From the NCBI RefSeq assembly GCF_001194135.2, contig NC_068989.1, forward strand, positions 40,610,992 to 40,674,775: a stretch of DNA of 63,784 bases, given 5' to 3'. Below, in pieces: positions 13,607-26,772 of this stretch. The translations under genes were made by a program, and so were the position numbers. The DNA is from Octopus bimaculoides. Its lineage: Eukaryota. Numbering within the stretch: position 1 is the stretch's first letter; the number at the start of each line of letters is the position of its first letter. Under the pieces are notes generated by a model that was not told where the DNA came from, ran no database searches, and worked only from the letters and a program-made list of their open reading frames with translations.

Positions 13607-14336
13607 NNNNNNNNNNNNNNNNNNNNNNNNNNNNNNNNNNNNNNNNNNNNNNNNNNNNNNNNNNNNNNNNNNNNNNNNNNNNNNNNNNNNNNNNNNNNNN
13701 NNNNNNNNNNNNNNNNNNNNNNNNNNNNNNNNNNNNNNNNNNNNNNNNNNNNNNNNNNNNNNNNNNNNNNNNNNNNNNNNNNNNNNNNNNNNNNNNNNNN
13801 NNNNNNNNNNNNNNNNNNNNNNNNNNNNNNNNNNNNNNNNNNNNNNNNNNNNNNNNNNNNNNNNNNNNNNNNNNNNNNNNNNNNNNNNNNNNNNNNNNNN
13901 NNNNNNNNNNNNNNNNNNNNNNNNNNNNNNNNNNNNNNNNNNNNNNNNNNNNNNNNNNNNNNNNNNNNNNNNNNNNNNNNNNNNNNNNNNNNNNNNNNNN
14001 NNNNNNNNNNNNNNNNNNNNNNNNNNNNNNNNNNNNNNNNNNNNNNNNNNNNNNNNNNNNNNNNNNNNNNNNNNNNNNNNNNNNNNNNNNNNNNNNNNNN
14101 NNNNNNNNNNNNNNNNNNNNNNNNNNNNNNNNNNNNNNNNNNNNNNNNNNNNNNNNNNNNNNNNNNNNNNNNNNNNNNNNNNNNNNNNNNNNNNNNNNNN
14201 NNNNNNNNNNNNNNNNNNNNNNNNNNNNNNNNNNNNNNNNNNNNNNNNNNNNNNNNNNNNNNNNNNNNNNNNNNNNNNNNNNNNNNNNNNNNNNNNNNNN
14301 NNNNNNNNNNNNNNNATATATATATATATATCCAAG

Positions 14337-14370
<34 letters not shown>

Positions 14371-14430
14371 TGTCCATATATATGTGTATGTCTGTATGTA
14401 TATATCCATCTACATATATGTATATATCCA
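13500..14430. repeat. (TA)n microsatellite flanking an assembly gap (N 13607-14315)
   Basis: Direct reading. Confidence 0.95.
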
Positions 14431-14520
14431 TAATCTACAATCTGCACTAAAGTTTCATTAACATTGAGATAGCACAACTCCAAAACATTGGTTGGCCTAA
14501 TACTTTTGACCAAGGCTGTA
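14430..14520 (+). mobile_element. Possible Tc1-like terminal fragment
   Basis: Ends cctaatacttttgaccaaggctg-TA, a typical Tc1 TIR/TA pattern. Short. Confidence 0.4.
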
Positions 14521-14749
14521 TATATATTATTTTATATCTTTTAATTGCATATCTTTCACTTTTCTTTGTACAATATTATTGATCTGTATTTCTTAGTCAC
14601 GCATCATACCAATTTTTTATTTTCTATATGTATATATATTTTTACTTTTATATACATATTTATATTTATTGTGTTTCTTTTACTTTTTTATATTTTTATA
14701 TAATTCTTATTTACATTTGCAAATCCCCTATCGTACCTTTTTTATGAGC

Positions 14750-16810
14750 TACTCCGTGTCGGTCACCGGAGTGATATTTGATCACTTTATAGAGTGTTTG
14801 AGTGTTGGTTTGGTGTCTGAAATGAGATAGCTTATCTCATGGGCAGGTAGAAGCTCTTTAACCTTGGTTGGTAATCTATCTAGGAGAGGGAAATCTCCGA
14901 AATAAAAACCTGAGGTCTTGGAAGTTCCTGGTTTTGTCAATTTCCATGTCACACCGGCGAAAGTCTTCTTTGGCCAATAGGTGGAGGTAGTGTAGTGGAA
15001 GCTACATCCACTGAAAATTGTTCATCTGCACAGGTACTTCTTGTACTCCAAATCTTGGTAAAATCATTGAATTGGTTGATTGGCAGAAACCAAAAAATGC
15101 AGTTGTAACTTACTATACAATGTCTCAAACAGATTCAGTAAATGGCAGAAAAAGCTTGGGAACGTCAGGGGAACAGGTCTGGCACAGCAAGTGTCCCAAT
15201 GTATCACAGGCTTGACCCGGTCGTCATCCTGGCACTGTGGACAAACAATCTTCAAGAAAACGTAAAAATAAACATCCTTTGAATTTTGGTTGTTGGAATG
15301 TGCGCACACTTCTTGATGATAATTTCAACAAGAGGCCAGAAAGACGTACTGCACTTAATACGTGTGAGATTAAGAAATATTCCCTTGACATAGTTGCGTT
15401 CTCTGAAACTCGTCTCTCTGGTGAGAGTCAAATAAATGAACTTACATATGGATACACTATCTTTTGGAGAGTCCTATCTAAGGGTCAGCGTAGAGAATCT
15501 GGTGTTGGGTTTGCTCTCAAGAATACATTAGTCTCTTCCTTTGCAGAATTTCGAAGTGGGATATCTCAGCGGATCACGTCATGCCCTATTAAACTGACAA
15601 AAGTTAGGTTTCTTACCGTTGTCAGTATTTATGCATCAATCATGTCCCATTCTGATGAAACTGTAGAACAGTTTTATGATGATCTAGCACAATTATTGAG
15701 GAAAGTACCAATTTCTGACAAGCTGGTCATATTGGAAGATTTCAATGTAAGAGCTGGAAAGGATTGTTTCATGGCCTGTTTTAGGTCGACATGAGATTGG
15801 AAAATGCAATAAAAATGCAGTAGCTCTTTTGACGTTTTGTACTGAGAATAATCTGGTCACCAACACCAAGCAGAAAAGTAAATATAAAACCACCTGGATG
15901 CACCCAAGATCTAAGCACTGGCATCTCATTGATTATATCGTTATCAGAAAACGTGATATAAAAGACGCTTCTAGCGTTCGGGCCATGAGAGGGGCAGAGA
16001 GCTGGAGTGACCATCATCTAGTGCGTACAAAATTAGATTTTTCGATAATGCCTAAAAATCGACAGTCTGGTCTTAAGGCAACCACCTCAAACAAAGCTGC
16101 AGGCATCACATCAAATAAAGCTATGATTTTCAGGAAACAGTTGAGGTGGTGTAGCCATATTGTTCGAATGACAGATGAACGCATGCCGAAACTGCTGTTT
16201 TATGGTGTGCTTACACAGGGGAAACGATATCAGCGTAAACCTAAAAAAAGGTTTAAGGATGGCATAAAGACTACTATGAAGTCATTGAGAATGGTTCCAG
16301 AAGATATAGAAACCCTTGATTCGGATCGAGTTGGATGGAGAACATAGGTGCGGAGTAGAGTGAAAGCATTTGAAGTGGCCAGGAAAACACAAATAAGACT
16401 CAAAAGAAATCTAAGGAAGAATGTAACGATGGAGAAGGTGAATGAAAATGACCTTTTTGTGTGCACAGTCTGTGACAGACAATGCCTGTCTTTTGCTGGC
16501 CTCAAATCTCATTTGCGAACGCACGGAAAACGAACCTCCACTAACTATTCTGCCTATATGCCTGTGCACACATTTGAGTGCAGTGTATGCCAAAAGGTTT
16601 GCAAATCCAACGGAGGCCTCGAGACATTTTAAGATCCACAAAGAGCAGAACTTATCTGCAGCTCTTGGTGGTCCAAATCGGAGGTGCAAACTATGTGGGT
16701 GTCTTTTCAGAACATTGCCTGGTTTAAAAAGCCACATCAGATGCCATGATTGTGCTAAGGTGTAGGTGCAGGAGGTGGTCAAACTCTGCAAAAGTAGTAG
16801 ATAACCACCA
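14750..16810 (+). mobile_element. RTE-clade LINE, internally deleted (APE endonuclease and C-terminal C2H2 fingers, RT absent)
   Basis: 15237-16060 encodes APE motifs (GCWNVRTL, DIVAFSETR, VSIYA, ILEDFNVR, HWHLIDYI, SDHHLV). It is joined directly to the post-RT QLRWCSHIVRM..MPKLLFYGVL..KRFKD, then C2H2 fingers (CTVCDRQC..LKSHLRTH; CSVCQKVC; CKLCGCLF..HIRCH) and a short gtagtag tail. The 5' boundary is approximate. Confidence 0.9.
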
Positions 16811-16811
16811 C

Positions 16812-18020
16812 CATAACACGCTCACCCGGTTTACAATGTCATCCTTCGCGTCCGCATACAGATCGCAAGCAAAACAAACAGGGGGGAGGGAGAACCATAT
16901 CTACATCATGTGTGCTTACATTTCTTTTCTGTTTTGTTGTTGGAGGGGAATGGGTAGGTTTGGTGTCTGCATGGGGAGGGTGTGGTAAAAAGGGAGAGGG
17001 TGGGCACTGGGTGAGTTGGGGTTGACAAGTACTTTCCTTCTTTCTTTTTCTTTCTCCTCCCGGCTGTTTCCCATTCCCTATCTTTTAATACTGGAGTTTC
17101 TCCTTCTACTTGTACTTCTTGTATCCTTTATTGTGGTGGTGGCTGTCGCTCTTCTACCATTTTAGGTGGTGGAGGGCAGTTCGTTCTTATGTGGCCTTTC
17201 TGGTCACATTTAAGCAGCCAGGAATCCTGCCCTCCACCCACACTTTCAGGCTCAAATCACCGATCCACAGGTTTTCCGCTAATCCTTCGAACGTCTCCAT
17301 ACTAGCCTGCATAGTTATTTCAATAATTTTTCCTTTCCATGCTGTACCATCTGTCACTTCAGCTTGTAAAACCGTGATTTCCTTCTCCTTTTCTATGAGA
17401 AGGGCCGCCACAACCCAAGCCTCATCAATTTCTGGTGGAACCCCTTCAACTTTTATTTTTGCTATCCTCTTACCCATATAGGACGGTAAGAAGGCTGTCT
17501 TATCAGTTTTTAATATTTTGACTGCATTGGCTACCGCTTTATCTACCGTTCTATAATGCACAATTGCAGTTCCATATTTACTTCCTCTCCTCAGATAGAT
17601 GATATCGGGCCAGACCACCGCCAGTGCCTTATCAATCTCACTTTCGTCCACATGATCCACTCTCCCTTTCTCTACGGAGTATACTTTGTATACTACCGTC
17701 TTCCTTTGCATCACCCTTACTGCCATTTTACAGTCCTCTTTTAGGTTTATTAAATTCACTGACCTTTTCCTTAGTTCTGCTGCTTCTGCAAAGCTTCTTC
17801 TTTTTAAATTTTCGTCCATCCTTTTGATAGCTCTGACCAGTTTCTCCTCTGAAGAGGACAATTCTGTTTCACTGGGGTCCGAACATACGCGACTTCCACT
17901 CACCATCTCTCAGTATTACCGAGAGACGGCACAACAACTAAAAAAAACCGCTGCAAACGCAGTACAAGCAAATACAAAATATAGTCAAACAAACAAGCTC
18001 GAACAACTCACAGAGACGGG
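16812..18020 (-). mobile_element. ORF1-only retroelement copy B (subfamily II), 3' end lost at the RTE junction
   Basis: ORF 17906-17187 contains RRGSKYGTAIV, FLPSYMGKRIAKIKVEGVPPEI and WVEGRIPGC, continuing after a 1-nt frameshift as KCDQKGHIRTNCP. The 5' end abuts cggtat (18021-18026, minus). Confidence 0.85.
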
Positions 18021-18026
18021 ATACCG

Positions 18027-19724
18027 ATTTCTTTATTACCCAAAAAGGGATATACAAAGAATTTTTAAGACATCACAAAACATAAATTCGGTACAAAATG
18101 CAACAAACATAAAATCGGGGAACTAAAAATTACAAAAGCGAATGATAATAGAAGAAAAATTAAAATAAAATGATAATATGCAAGAATGAAAAAAATGAGG
18201 CGCAATGTTCACTCGATCCCCGAAGTCGGATGGTTACATTTATCAAGCTTTTCACTTTTACGTTCAACGTCATGTAAACGTTTTAACGGTTTCGTAACTC
18301 AAAAAATTCAAACACTCGGGTTACCTTTCTCCCATTAAACATTGTTACTTCCGTCCTTATCAACTGCAAATAATCAGTTCTAGGGGGTGGTGTCTCCACC
18401 AACCAAACCCTTATCGTTGTTATATTTTCACCAAGTTCTTTTATGTACTACCAGAAGTTTTCCTCGTGTATCAAAATGCATTTCTCAGCACATTTCTCCG
18501 GCATCTTCACTATTATTATTTCCTCCAACTTCGCGACTTTTCTCTCCATCTCCTCACTCTTCTCGTACTTTATCAAAACCCCCTTGTATTTCACATCTTT
18601 ATCCGTTCTCTCCTCCTCTTCTTGTACATTATTAGTTTCTGGCTTTTCTGTCTCTTTTTTTGTTTTCTGTTGACCGTTCCTTTGACTTATTTTTCCTTCG
18701 CTTTTTAGGGTTTCCGTTTTCGTTCTTCTCCTTTGTTTTCTCTGTTTCACACTTCTGTCTCACTTTCATTTCGTCAGTGTGGTCTACAATGTTTTCCTCC
18801 TCTGCTTGTGCTTTCTCTTGCTGTAGCTGTGTAAACTCATATAGAGGGCATTTGGTCTTCATATGACCTCTCTCCCCGCATATGTAACAATTTGGTTTCC
18901 TTCCCTCGACTACAACATTTAACGTTCTCTCGTCTTCCAATTCTATCTGGTAGGGAATTCTTTCTATGTCCTTGAATGTGGCAAAAAGCCACATTTCGAG
19001 TCCAAATCCCCACCAGTTGCGCACTTTTGTTTCTGCCACTGGTCCCAATTCCGGATCCTCCTTGGTTGCAGCCAGTACTGTTGCAACCAACTACTCCGGT
19101 TTAATTTCTGGTGGCACTCTCGGAATACGTATTCTCACAATTCTTCTTCCTCTATAACTTGGTAGCAATCCTATTTTTGTATTTCTTAACATGTTGGTCG
19201 CATGTTTGGTTGCCTCTTCTATGGTGGCAAACCCACCTCAACCATACCGAAGTTTCTTCCTCTGCGGATGTACATGGCTTCATTTACAATTTCACCCAGG
19301 CACTTTTCAATTTCCTCTTCCGTCACCATTTCAATTTTACTGGTCCCGACAGCCTGTGTACGATACACAGCTGTTCTCAGAATTTTGTCTTCCTTTGTCT
19401 CTTTTTCGGGCGGACGGGGACAATTTGTATGAGTCACCCTATACTTCTATCAAATTCCTGCTTCTGCTCACCTCCTCCATATCTAGCTTGATCAACTTGG
19501 TTTCCAGCGGCACTGGCTTCTTCACCGCAGTGACCCTGGCGTAGCTCTCCATACTGGAGACACTACCACTCGCCACAGCTTGGAAAAAAAACGCAGCGGC
19601 TCGCATGAAACGTAACAACAATAATTGCACAAAAATCACAATTATTTACAGAGACAACTTTCAGTAATTCACACAGTTTTGACAAAGTAACACAACAGTA
19701 TTCACAATAATTCACAGAGATGGG
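18027..19724 (-). mobile_element. ORF1-only retroelement copy A (subfamily I)
   Basis: Broken ORF of about 19578-18283 contains RRGRNFGMVEVG, LLPSYRGRRIVRIRIPRVPPEI and VEGRKPNCYICGERGHMKTKCP. Ends ...gggtaataaagaaat. Bounded by cggtat at 19725-19730 and 18021-18026. Confidence 0.9.
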
Positions 19725-19778
19725 ATACCGCTAAGCATTTCGCCCGGCATGCTAACATTTCTGCTAGCTCGCCGCCTT
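19725..19778 (-). mobile_element. SINE 5' head interrupted at CGGTAT by copy A
   Basis: Minus strand: aaggcggcgagctagcagaaatgttagcatgccgggcgaaatgcttagcggtat. Confidence 0.9.
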
Positions 19779-21728
19779 GTATATATTATCATACTAACAC
19801 GCATTATATCCGCACATTTCTTGTTTCGGTTTCTCACTACCAATTCAACTCACAGTTCTTTCATAGGCCCAGGTTTATAATAGTTGGGATTTGCCCGTTG
19901 TATGTATGGGTGTATTTAAAGATGAATATTTATTGAAGCGTTTTTTTTTAAAGAAAGATTTTGAATAACAAATGAGCATACTCGACTGTTCTACTCAAAT
20001 ACGAAAGAGGCTTAACGTTTTGCCTATCTGACATACGTGCTCCTTTTAACATACTTCTGCACAACCCCTTTCACCTCATTTGCGTCATCAAAGACATTGA
20101 GACAAACGAACTAAAGCAAACAGGTTCGATCTTTTAACAATTATCTCCAGAGGAAGTGATTTAACCATTATTACGTTGAATTTGTTGTTGATATAATTGT
20201 TTATTCTGAACAACGGATTATGTGCTCATTTACGCACTAGTAGTATTTGAAATAATGAACTCTATCATATCTCTTTCTATTTATTGGGTTAATGTGTCAT
20301 TAAATGGTCGAGCTCATTTTTTAAAATTATCTCTATGTTTAACATTACTTTGAGCTTCCAGGTTCATTTCCAGTTGTAGCTGTTATCAACAGGAGTATGG
20401 CATCCACATTGCTGAATTACAATACATGTAAACGAAATCAAAATATATAATGGTATTATTCTTTCATGTTCTGAGAAATCTTACATTTATCTCATTTACG
20501 AAATTAAAGACAAGGAGTCGGTCTCTATAATGAACCGTTGAAACTTATTTAGCACTCCATCATAATCGACATGAATGTTTTCTACCTACAGTTTTATATA
20601 TTGATCCCTTGAAAGTAAAATAACTGGTACAAATCGATGACACTTCACTCAGAATAATGAAATTCTAACGATCAGTTTGTCTGGAATTTTCTTGGAAATA
20701 CGTTTCCTGAATGTACTAAAACAAGCTGGTAAAATTGATAAAGTATCATTGATGAATAAAGTATTGATTATTTTATAGAGGGCCTAAAGCTTCTAGCTTT
20801 ATGAAATGGGGACAGTTGATTCATCATAAGAACGCCACTTATCGATCTTGGAGAGATGAAAAGTAAGGTTGATCATCACAGGATTTAAAGGCAGATGTAA
20901 AGTAATATAATTAAATACCATAGTAGTTTTTATGACGGAAATTCACACTTTGTATTTGTCACTGCTAGTATCATTAACTTAATTACAATCTGAGCCAATA
21001 ATGAGTGTTTTGACCATAGGTCTGTTGGACACGACTGATCTGGACAACAACAACTCTATGCAGTCATTTGATCTGCAAGAAATAGTAATCATGTTCTCTC
21101 GAATTACATCATAACATCTTAAGATAATTTAGTTCTAGACACACTAACATGACCTCAGTCGTCAAGAGCAGAATGTCTTTGATCATAAATCTGGTTAATG
21201 TAAAAGGTCTGTTTAATGGAAGCTAAACTAGTATTAAATGACAATAACTAGTAAAATTAACCATGTTTTGTAACATTGACACGAGTTCACAGATACTGAA
21301 GAAGAATTCGATCACTCCTAAACAAAATAATTATTCTGAACTTTTGCCAACAGGTCACGAATTTGATAGTTTTGTCAATTGCATTTATTGCAATATCAAA
21401 AAATATATATTGTTTTATTACCTTAACTTAATAAATGTGATAAATGCAGTAATAAATGAGTGGTATTTTCGAATACTTTGAGATTTGAAACTACAATCAA
21501 ACGAGCATAACTATTTAATGCAAAGCAAATTTCCTCTGGAGGAATAGATTTATACATTCGTAAAGTATTACACATCTGAAAAGCAGAAGCCGTAGATATT
21601 TAAATCATCTTCCAGTATATTTCATTTATTTTTCTCTTCATTGAGACAGAAAAAAAAAACAGATGCCACCCTGTAAAATAATATAAGTAAACGCTATAAG
21701 ACTTCCACTCAATCGTTTCTACCAAACC

Positions 21729-22496
21729 GTATAAAACAAAAATTTTCGGTATCTCAAATCGAGTTTGAAGAGAGATAGCGAAGTCTTAAAAAAAAAAATT
21801 TTTTTAAACATGGAACCGAAGAAAGTGGTAAAATGATAGAATCGAACAAGGAAGAAATATGGGAAGTCGCTCAAGGAAGAAAGCAGAGGAAACGGAAGAA
21901 GGAAAGTCGGTGTGAACCCCAACCTATACCCACCCCACCCATACCTTCTCAACCCTAACCTCCCCCTGCAGACACCAAACCCATCTATTCCCCACGGACA
22001 CAAAAAAGAAAAAAAAGCACAAACACACAAAAAAAAACACAATCCTCCCCTCCCAAATTGTTACGCTTGTGTTTTAGTCAAAGGAGATAACATGGAATTG
22101 GTAGAAAATGTAAAAAATGGAAGGACACGAAATCTATAAAGACAAAAGAGAAGGAAAAGGAAAATATAGTACTAAGCATGTTGGTGCTGGAATGTCGGTC
22201 AAGAGAGCTAGACGAGCATAAGGAAGGCGTTAAATACAGAATGTTGTTATGTGACATAAAGGAGGTTTCGAAGAGTATTAAAAAAGAGGAACTGGAAGAG
22301 AAATACGGGATAGACATGAACAGGATGTAAAAGGAAGTAAACGATGCTACTGAGGTGGGGTAGGTGGCACAATTTCATTTATCATTTTCATTCTCATGCA
22401 TATTTATCATAGTTTAAGTTTTTTGTAATTGTTTTATGTTCCCACATGACTTGTATTGTCCTCTCTTTGTGCGTCTGTTTTGGAAATAATAAAACG
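21729..22496 (+). mobile_element. Internally deleted ORF1-only-family copy D (768 bp)
   Basis: Shares tatctcaaatcgagtt near its 5' end with E, the ccccaacc..cagacacc..attccc segment with B and E, and the 3' cccacatg..ttgtattgtcc..aataa end. Flanked by an 18-bp TSD. Confidence 0.8.
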
Positions 22497-22514
22497 AATC
22501 ATTTCTACCAAACC

Positions 22515-23981
22515 ACATACATCAGAAACCTTCTGCATCTCAAATCGAGTTGCTGCGAATTGTCGTATGGAAAACTTTGTGCTGTTTTGTGCTGCTTTGC
22601 ATCGGCTTTTGTGTTTGTGCTGTCTCTCCACATTTGAGGAGGGATGGCTAAGTCTTTAAAAAAATGTTTTATTCAGACCTAAGCGGGTCAGACTTGTCAT
22701 CAGAATTATCGTCATCCGAGGAGGAGCTCGTGCGAGCGGTGGAAGTAATGGACAAGTGCTTGAAGAAAAAGAGTCCCGCAAAGGCGACAGAGATTCCTAA
22801 AAATGAGATAAACCTGAAAAATTTAAGAAATTTCGAAAAATGTTAAATAGGGAAGGTGGGGACGTGAAATTGTCACCACCTCAGGAAGTTATGAGAAATA
22901 TAGAAGAAAAGAAGATACTCCATAAAGGTTATTCAGTAAAAGAAAAAAGAATTGAAAGTGAACCTGCGGAAGTGATAGAAGAGGCATTGAGGCCACTTTG
23001 GCAAGATATAAAATATCTTGCCAGAGGAAGCTGATATGGCACTGTCGATGTATATTTTAAAAACAAGGAAAAGGTGAAGGAGAACTCGGCATACCCATTG
23101 AAATCGGAAAAGGTGATCATCCTAACTACGTACCTTGGATGAAGTTATAATGACGGTCAGTGGAGGGCAGAGTTCCACGCTGCTTTAAATGTAGCCAGAA
23201 GGGCCACATTAGACCGGACCGCTCCTTCACAAACCAAAATAATCAGAGGAGATGAGATTAAACAAGATAAAGGAGCAAAAAGAAGGGAGGCCGAAGAGTT
23301 CTAGAAAGGAAGAAACCAGAAAGGGGGAGGAAATAGCAACAGAGTATAAGTGGGAGAAAGTCACCGTAAGGAGGAGAAAGAAGGCAAGTGATTGGAACTG
23401 TAAACCCCAACCCACACTACCCAGACCCTCTCAGACCCCCTCCCCCAGCAGATACCCATTCCCACCCGACACAAAAAGAGAATGCAAACACACACAAAGA
23501 ATTTCAGACACCCTTCCCGAAGTTAAAAAAAAAGGGAAAAGAAATGCAAAGCTTTCATGCTATATAGATCCAATAACGAATTGATAAATGAGTTTTATTC
23601 ATGGGACGAGGTAAAGAAAGTAGGAACTACTGGATTTGATAACATTGTGGAGTGGCACTGGTGTGTGTTCCCAACAAAGGAGTAAGTGAAGATAATATAT
23701 ACGTCTGAACACGGTTACAGTTATTGGGAATTAGATTATGACTGGGATTTACTACCAAATTACATATGGGACAAGCTATTGGAAGAAATGGGTTTTGATA
23801 TGTTAGAGGGATTAGGTTTTAAAAAGTAGAAAGTGGGACTGTTCGTAAGTGGGGCGAGTGGTTCCATTTCCATTTTTTATTGTCATTCATATTATTATAT
23901 TTTTTTTATTTCATTGTTAGATGTCCCACATGTCTTGTATCGTCCCGTCTATGTGCACCCCTTGTGGGCAATAAAGTTAAA
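22515..23981 (+). mobile_element. ORF1-only retroelement copy E (subfamily II)
   Basis: SELSSSEEELVRAVEVMD aligns to B (TELSSSEEKLVRAIKRMD). Also YLARGS*YGTVDVYF and VEGRVPRCFKCSQKGHIRPD. 3' end ccccttgtgggcaataaag. TSD at 22497-22514 and 23982-23999. Confidence 0.85.
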
Positions 23982-26772
23982 AATCATTTCTACCAAACCA
24001 TTACAACGAATTTGGATAAAACTCAAAGAGTAAATGATGTGGGAAATTAGAACAATTAATGATATCTGTAATGAATGCAGTAAGCTAGCACTAAAGTGTA
24101 TTAGTGCAGGCACGATTCTGTCGGTAAAAAAAGTGCACTGGTATGTTAGCCGAGTGTGCGAATTCAAAGTAGCAGAAAGGTTCTTGATGTAGAATAACAA
24201 TTGTAGGATTTTGTTGGATTTCTCCTCGAATATTAATCATACTATTTTAACAAGAAAAACATTTATTGAGGAGAGGAAACATAAACGTAAAATACCATAA
24301 GAGTGGATACTAAAAAAACAGAACATTGAGTTATCAAAGCCTAACGCGAGAGATTGGCAGATTGTAGAAGCTTACAATGACCAGTTGCTCTGGTGGTAAT
24401 GGACCACAGCCAAATTGATGCTACGTAAGAGACTAAAGGATATTAGCTTGTCGATTACATAGATCAAAGTGCTCAACTAATACTTCTTTCATTGACCCCG
24501 AAAGAACGAGACACAATTGACCTCAGTGGTATTTGAACTCAGAACAAGACTAGCCAGTATTATTCCTACAGACTACTGATTCTATATGGTACATATGTTA
24601 TAGAGAACAAGATGGTAAAAGCCAAAGACAACTCCGCTCGGGATTTGTAGTGTGAATTTATAGAGAACTAAAAACTATGAATCAATTTGCCAGAATTTTT
24701 CCCGATTATTGTAGACTTCTATTAATATTAACATTCAACACAGGTATTGCAATCGTTTTGGTTAAAAAGAAACTGCTATTTCCCTCAGAAAAATCACTTA
24801 AGTATTTGCCAATGTGTTTTGCCTTGTGTATGTACTGAGCTTTCATTGGAGAGTCACAACTTGATACAGAATGATATCAATTATTTCACTTGTTTTTGAC
24901 ATGGATGACGTCTATAAAAGTGAAATGTCTTGTCCAATTATTTCAGCAAAGCAATTATTTATACATCACTTCAGGCATGTCTGTCTTTTTTTCATATGTT
25001 AAACCTACACAGATACACACAACGATAATGTGAAATGAATTTCTACGTGTTCAAACGTTAACACTGGCTGCCAGATTTCATAATGAAATAAGCATTATAA
25101 AACTAGATGTATGAATGATACGAAGTGACAATGCAACAAGAAAAGTGTGAAAATTAGCTTAAATAGAGAATTATTAAATGCAAACACAGACCAGCAGTAT
25201 TTCGTGAACAACAACAAAATTCTAGAAATATTAGATTTTTTTTTTTATATCAATTTTTACATTGCTTAAAATCTTGCAGAAAGAAATCTGGATTCGTTTA
25301 ATTATATGTTGTGGTGTTTAACCCATCCACACACTTATCAATTAATTATTGGACAAGTAAACGAGCCTTCCTTGTCAGTTATGATTATTTATTTATCTTC
25401 CCGTCCAGTGACGTTGGCATTATTATAATGTTCGTTGTTTTCTTCTTACTAAGTTATTTATAAATGTTTCATACACTAAGTGGCCACCAGTCAAAGAGAT
25501 GGGTACGAGTGTCTCCTTTCACTCTCTTTCCTGTAGGGATTAAAATAGATTAGTGAAATTTGTGACGAAGTTTTCGCTTTGAAACTTTCTAATCAATTAT
25601 GGTGCCCATCATTGCAGTTGAAATAAAAGGAAACCTATCATTCAATCAAACTCTCATGTACAACATCCAAACGCTATTTGAAGAGGAAGATGGGGGAGAG
25701 GGCAGTTCTTTCTCCCGGTTCTCAAACGTGAAAGAGAAGGATGTGGGTAGATTAAAGGCGGCTATCTCAGGTAGACCTTGAAATTATTCGAAAATCTGAA
25801 ACGACTGTGATATAGGAGATATAGCACATTTGTCGAAGAGATAAGCTGTCTTTTGCTAAGCACTTTCTCTACAACCTGTTCCTTTAACAAAGCGGCAGTC
25901 CTGGACAATAATTGAGGGACTAGTATTAGGAATATATTTAGTTGATCATAGTGTACCACCACTTGAATAATGTGGCTAGCGGTGGAAATAAGATAAGTTC
26001 GTGAGCCTCAGCAAGGAAAAACTAAGCAAATTAATCCGCAGGACTGTTGGCTCAGGGATTAAGGCCAACTTTCAAACAAACTTGACCTAGATTTGATACC
26101 AGTTAAGGAATTGATTATTCGAGATAAAAACTACTATCACACTGATGCTGCCAGCCGGGTCTGTCAGATACGCACAGAGCAACGGAAATACTCTTTACAT
26201 GAATATAGCTGGCTTGAGAAATAATGTTGAACAGCTGTTGTTTAAAGCTGAACATTTTTATTGTTACTCAAATAAATCGTGAAAATCGCTCTGCTGAGTC
26301 TTTTGATCAGAAAGAGGAGTGGAGTTTTGCTCTGCCTACTGGGTATGTCAAAAGGAGCAGTGTGCTGGGCGTGATAAATAAGACAAGACTGATATTTCTT
26401 CCCTTTAGTCAAATGCTAGTCTATTCTTTTCGTATACCACTTAAAAGCAGTGAAGGGGCAAGTTCTTGCACCCAATTTCTCAAAATTAAGAGACTGACGT
26501 ATGACGTGAATGACAACAGCGTGAGACTGCAAAAAGAAGTCAACAACTGAAAGACGGCAATTACATTTGATAATTAGTGTAGTCCAGGATTTGTTGGATT
26601 ACTTGGTTGGCTCTATAGCTGGATACCACCACCCCTGCTGCTACAACTTCACTCTATTGTATATTTCCTACTCGATTTTCATGTTCGTTGTACGTTTGAT
26701 AATTTATTGTAATTTAATTTTTGTGATACCACTTTATCCTTCATAAAATTATTATTATTAATAGTAGTAGTA

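Noticed and set aside
13346-14513. Long ORFs of 287-349 aa in the ORF track (similar ones at 34735-35529, 37928-38510, 38744-39241, 40808-42804, 44780-45173 and 53882-54715)
   Set aside because: They run through N gaps and (TA/TG)n repeats, which lack stops. Only the Penelope-derived tail of 40808-41090 is real coding sequence.
21711-24000. Three copies of an 18-bp repeat as a CRISPR-like array
   Set aside because: Eukaryotic context, spacers of 0.8-1.5 kb that are homologous retroelements, and no cas genes.
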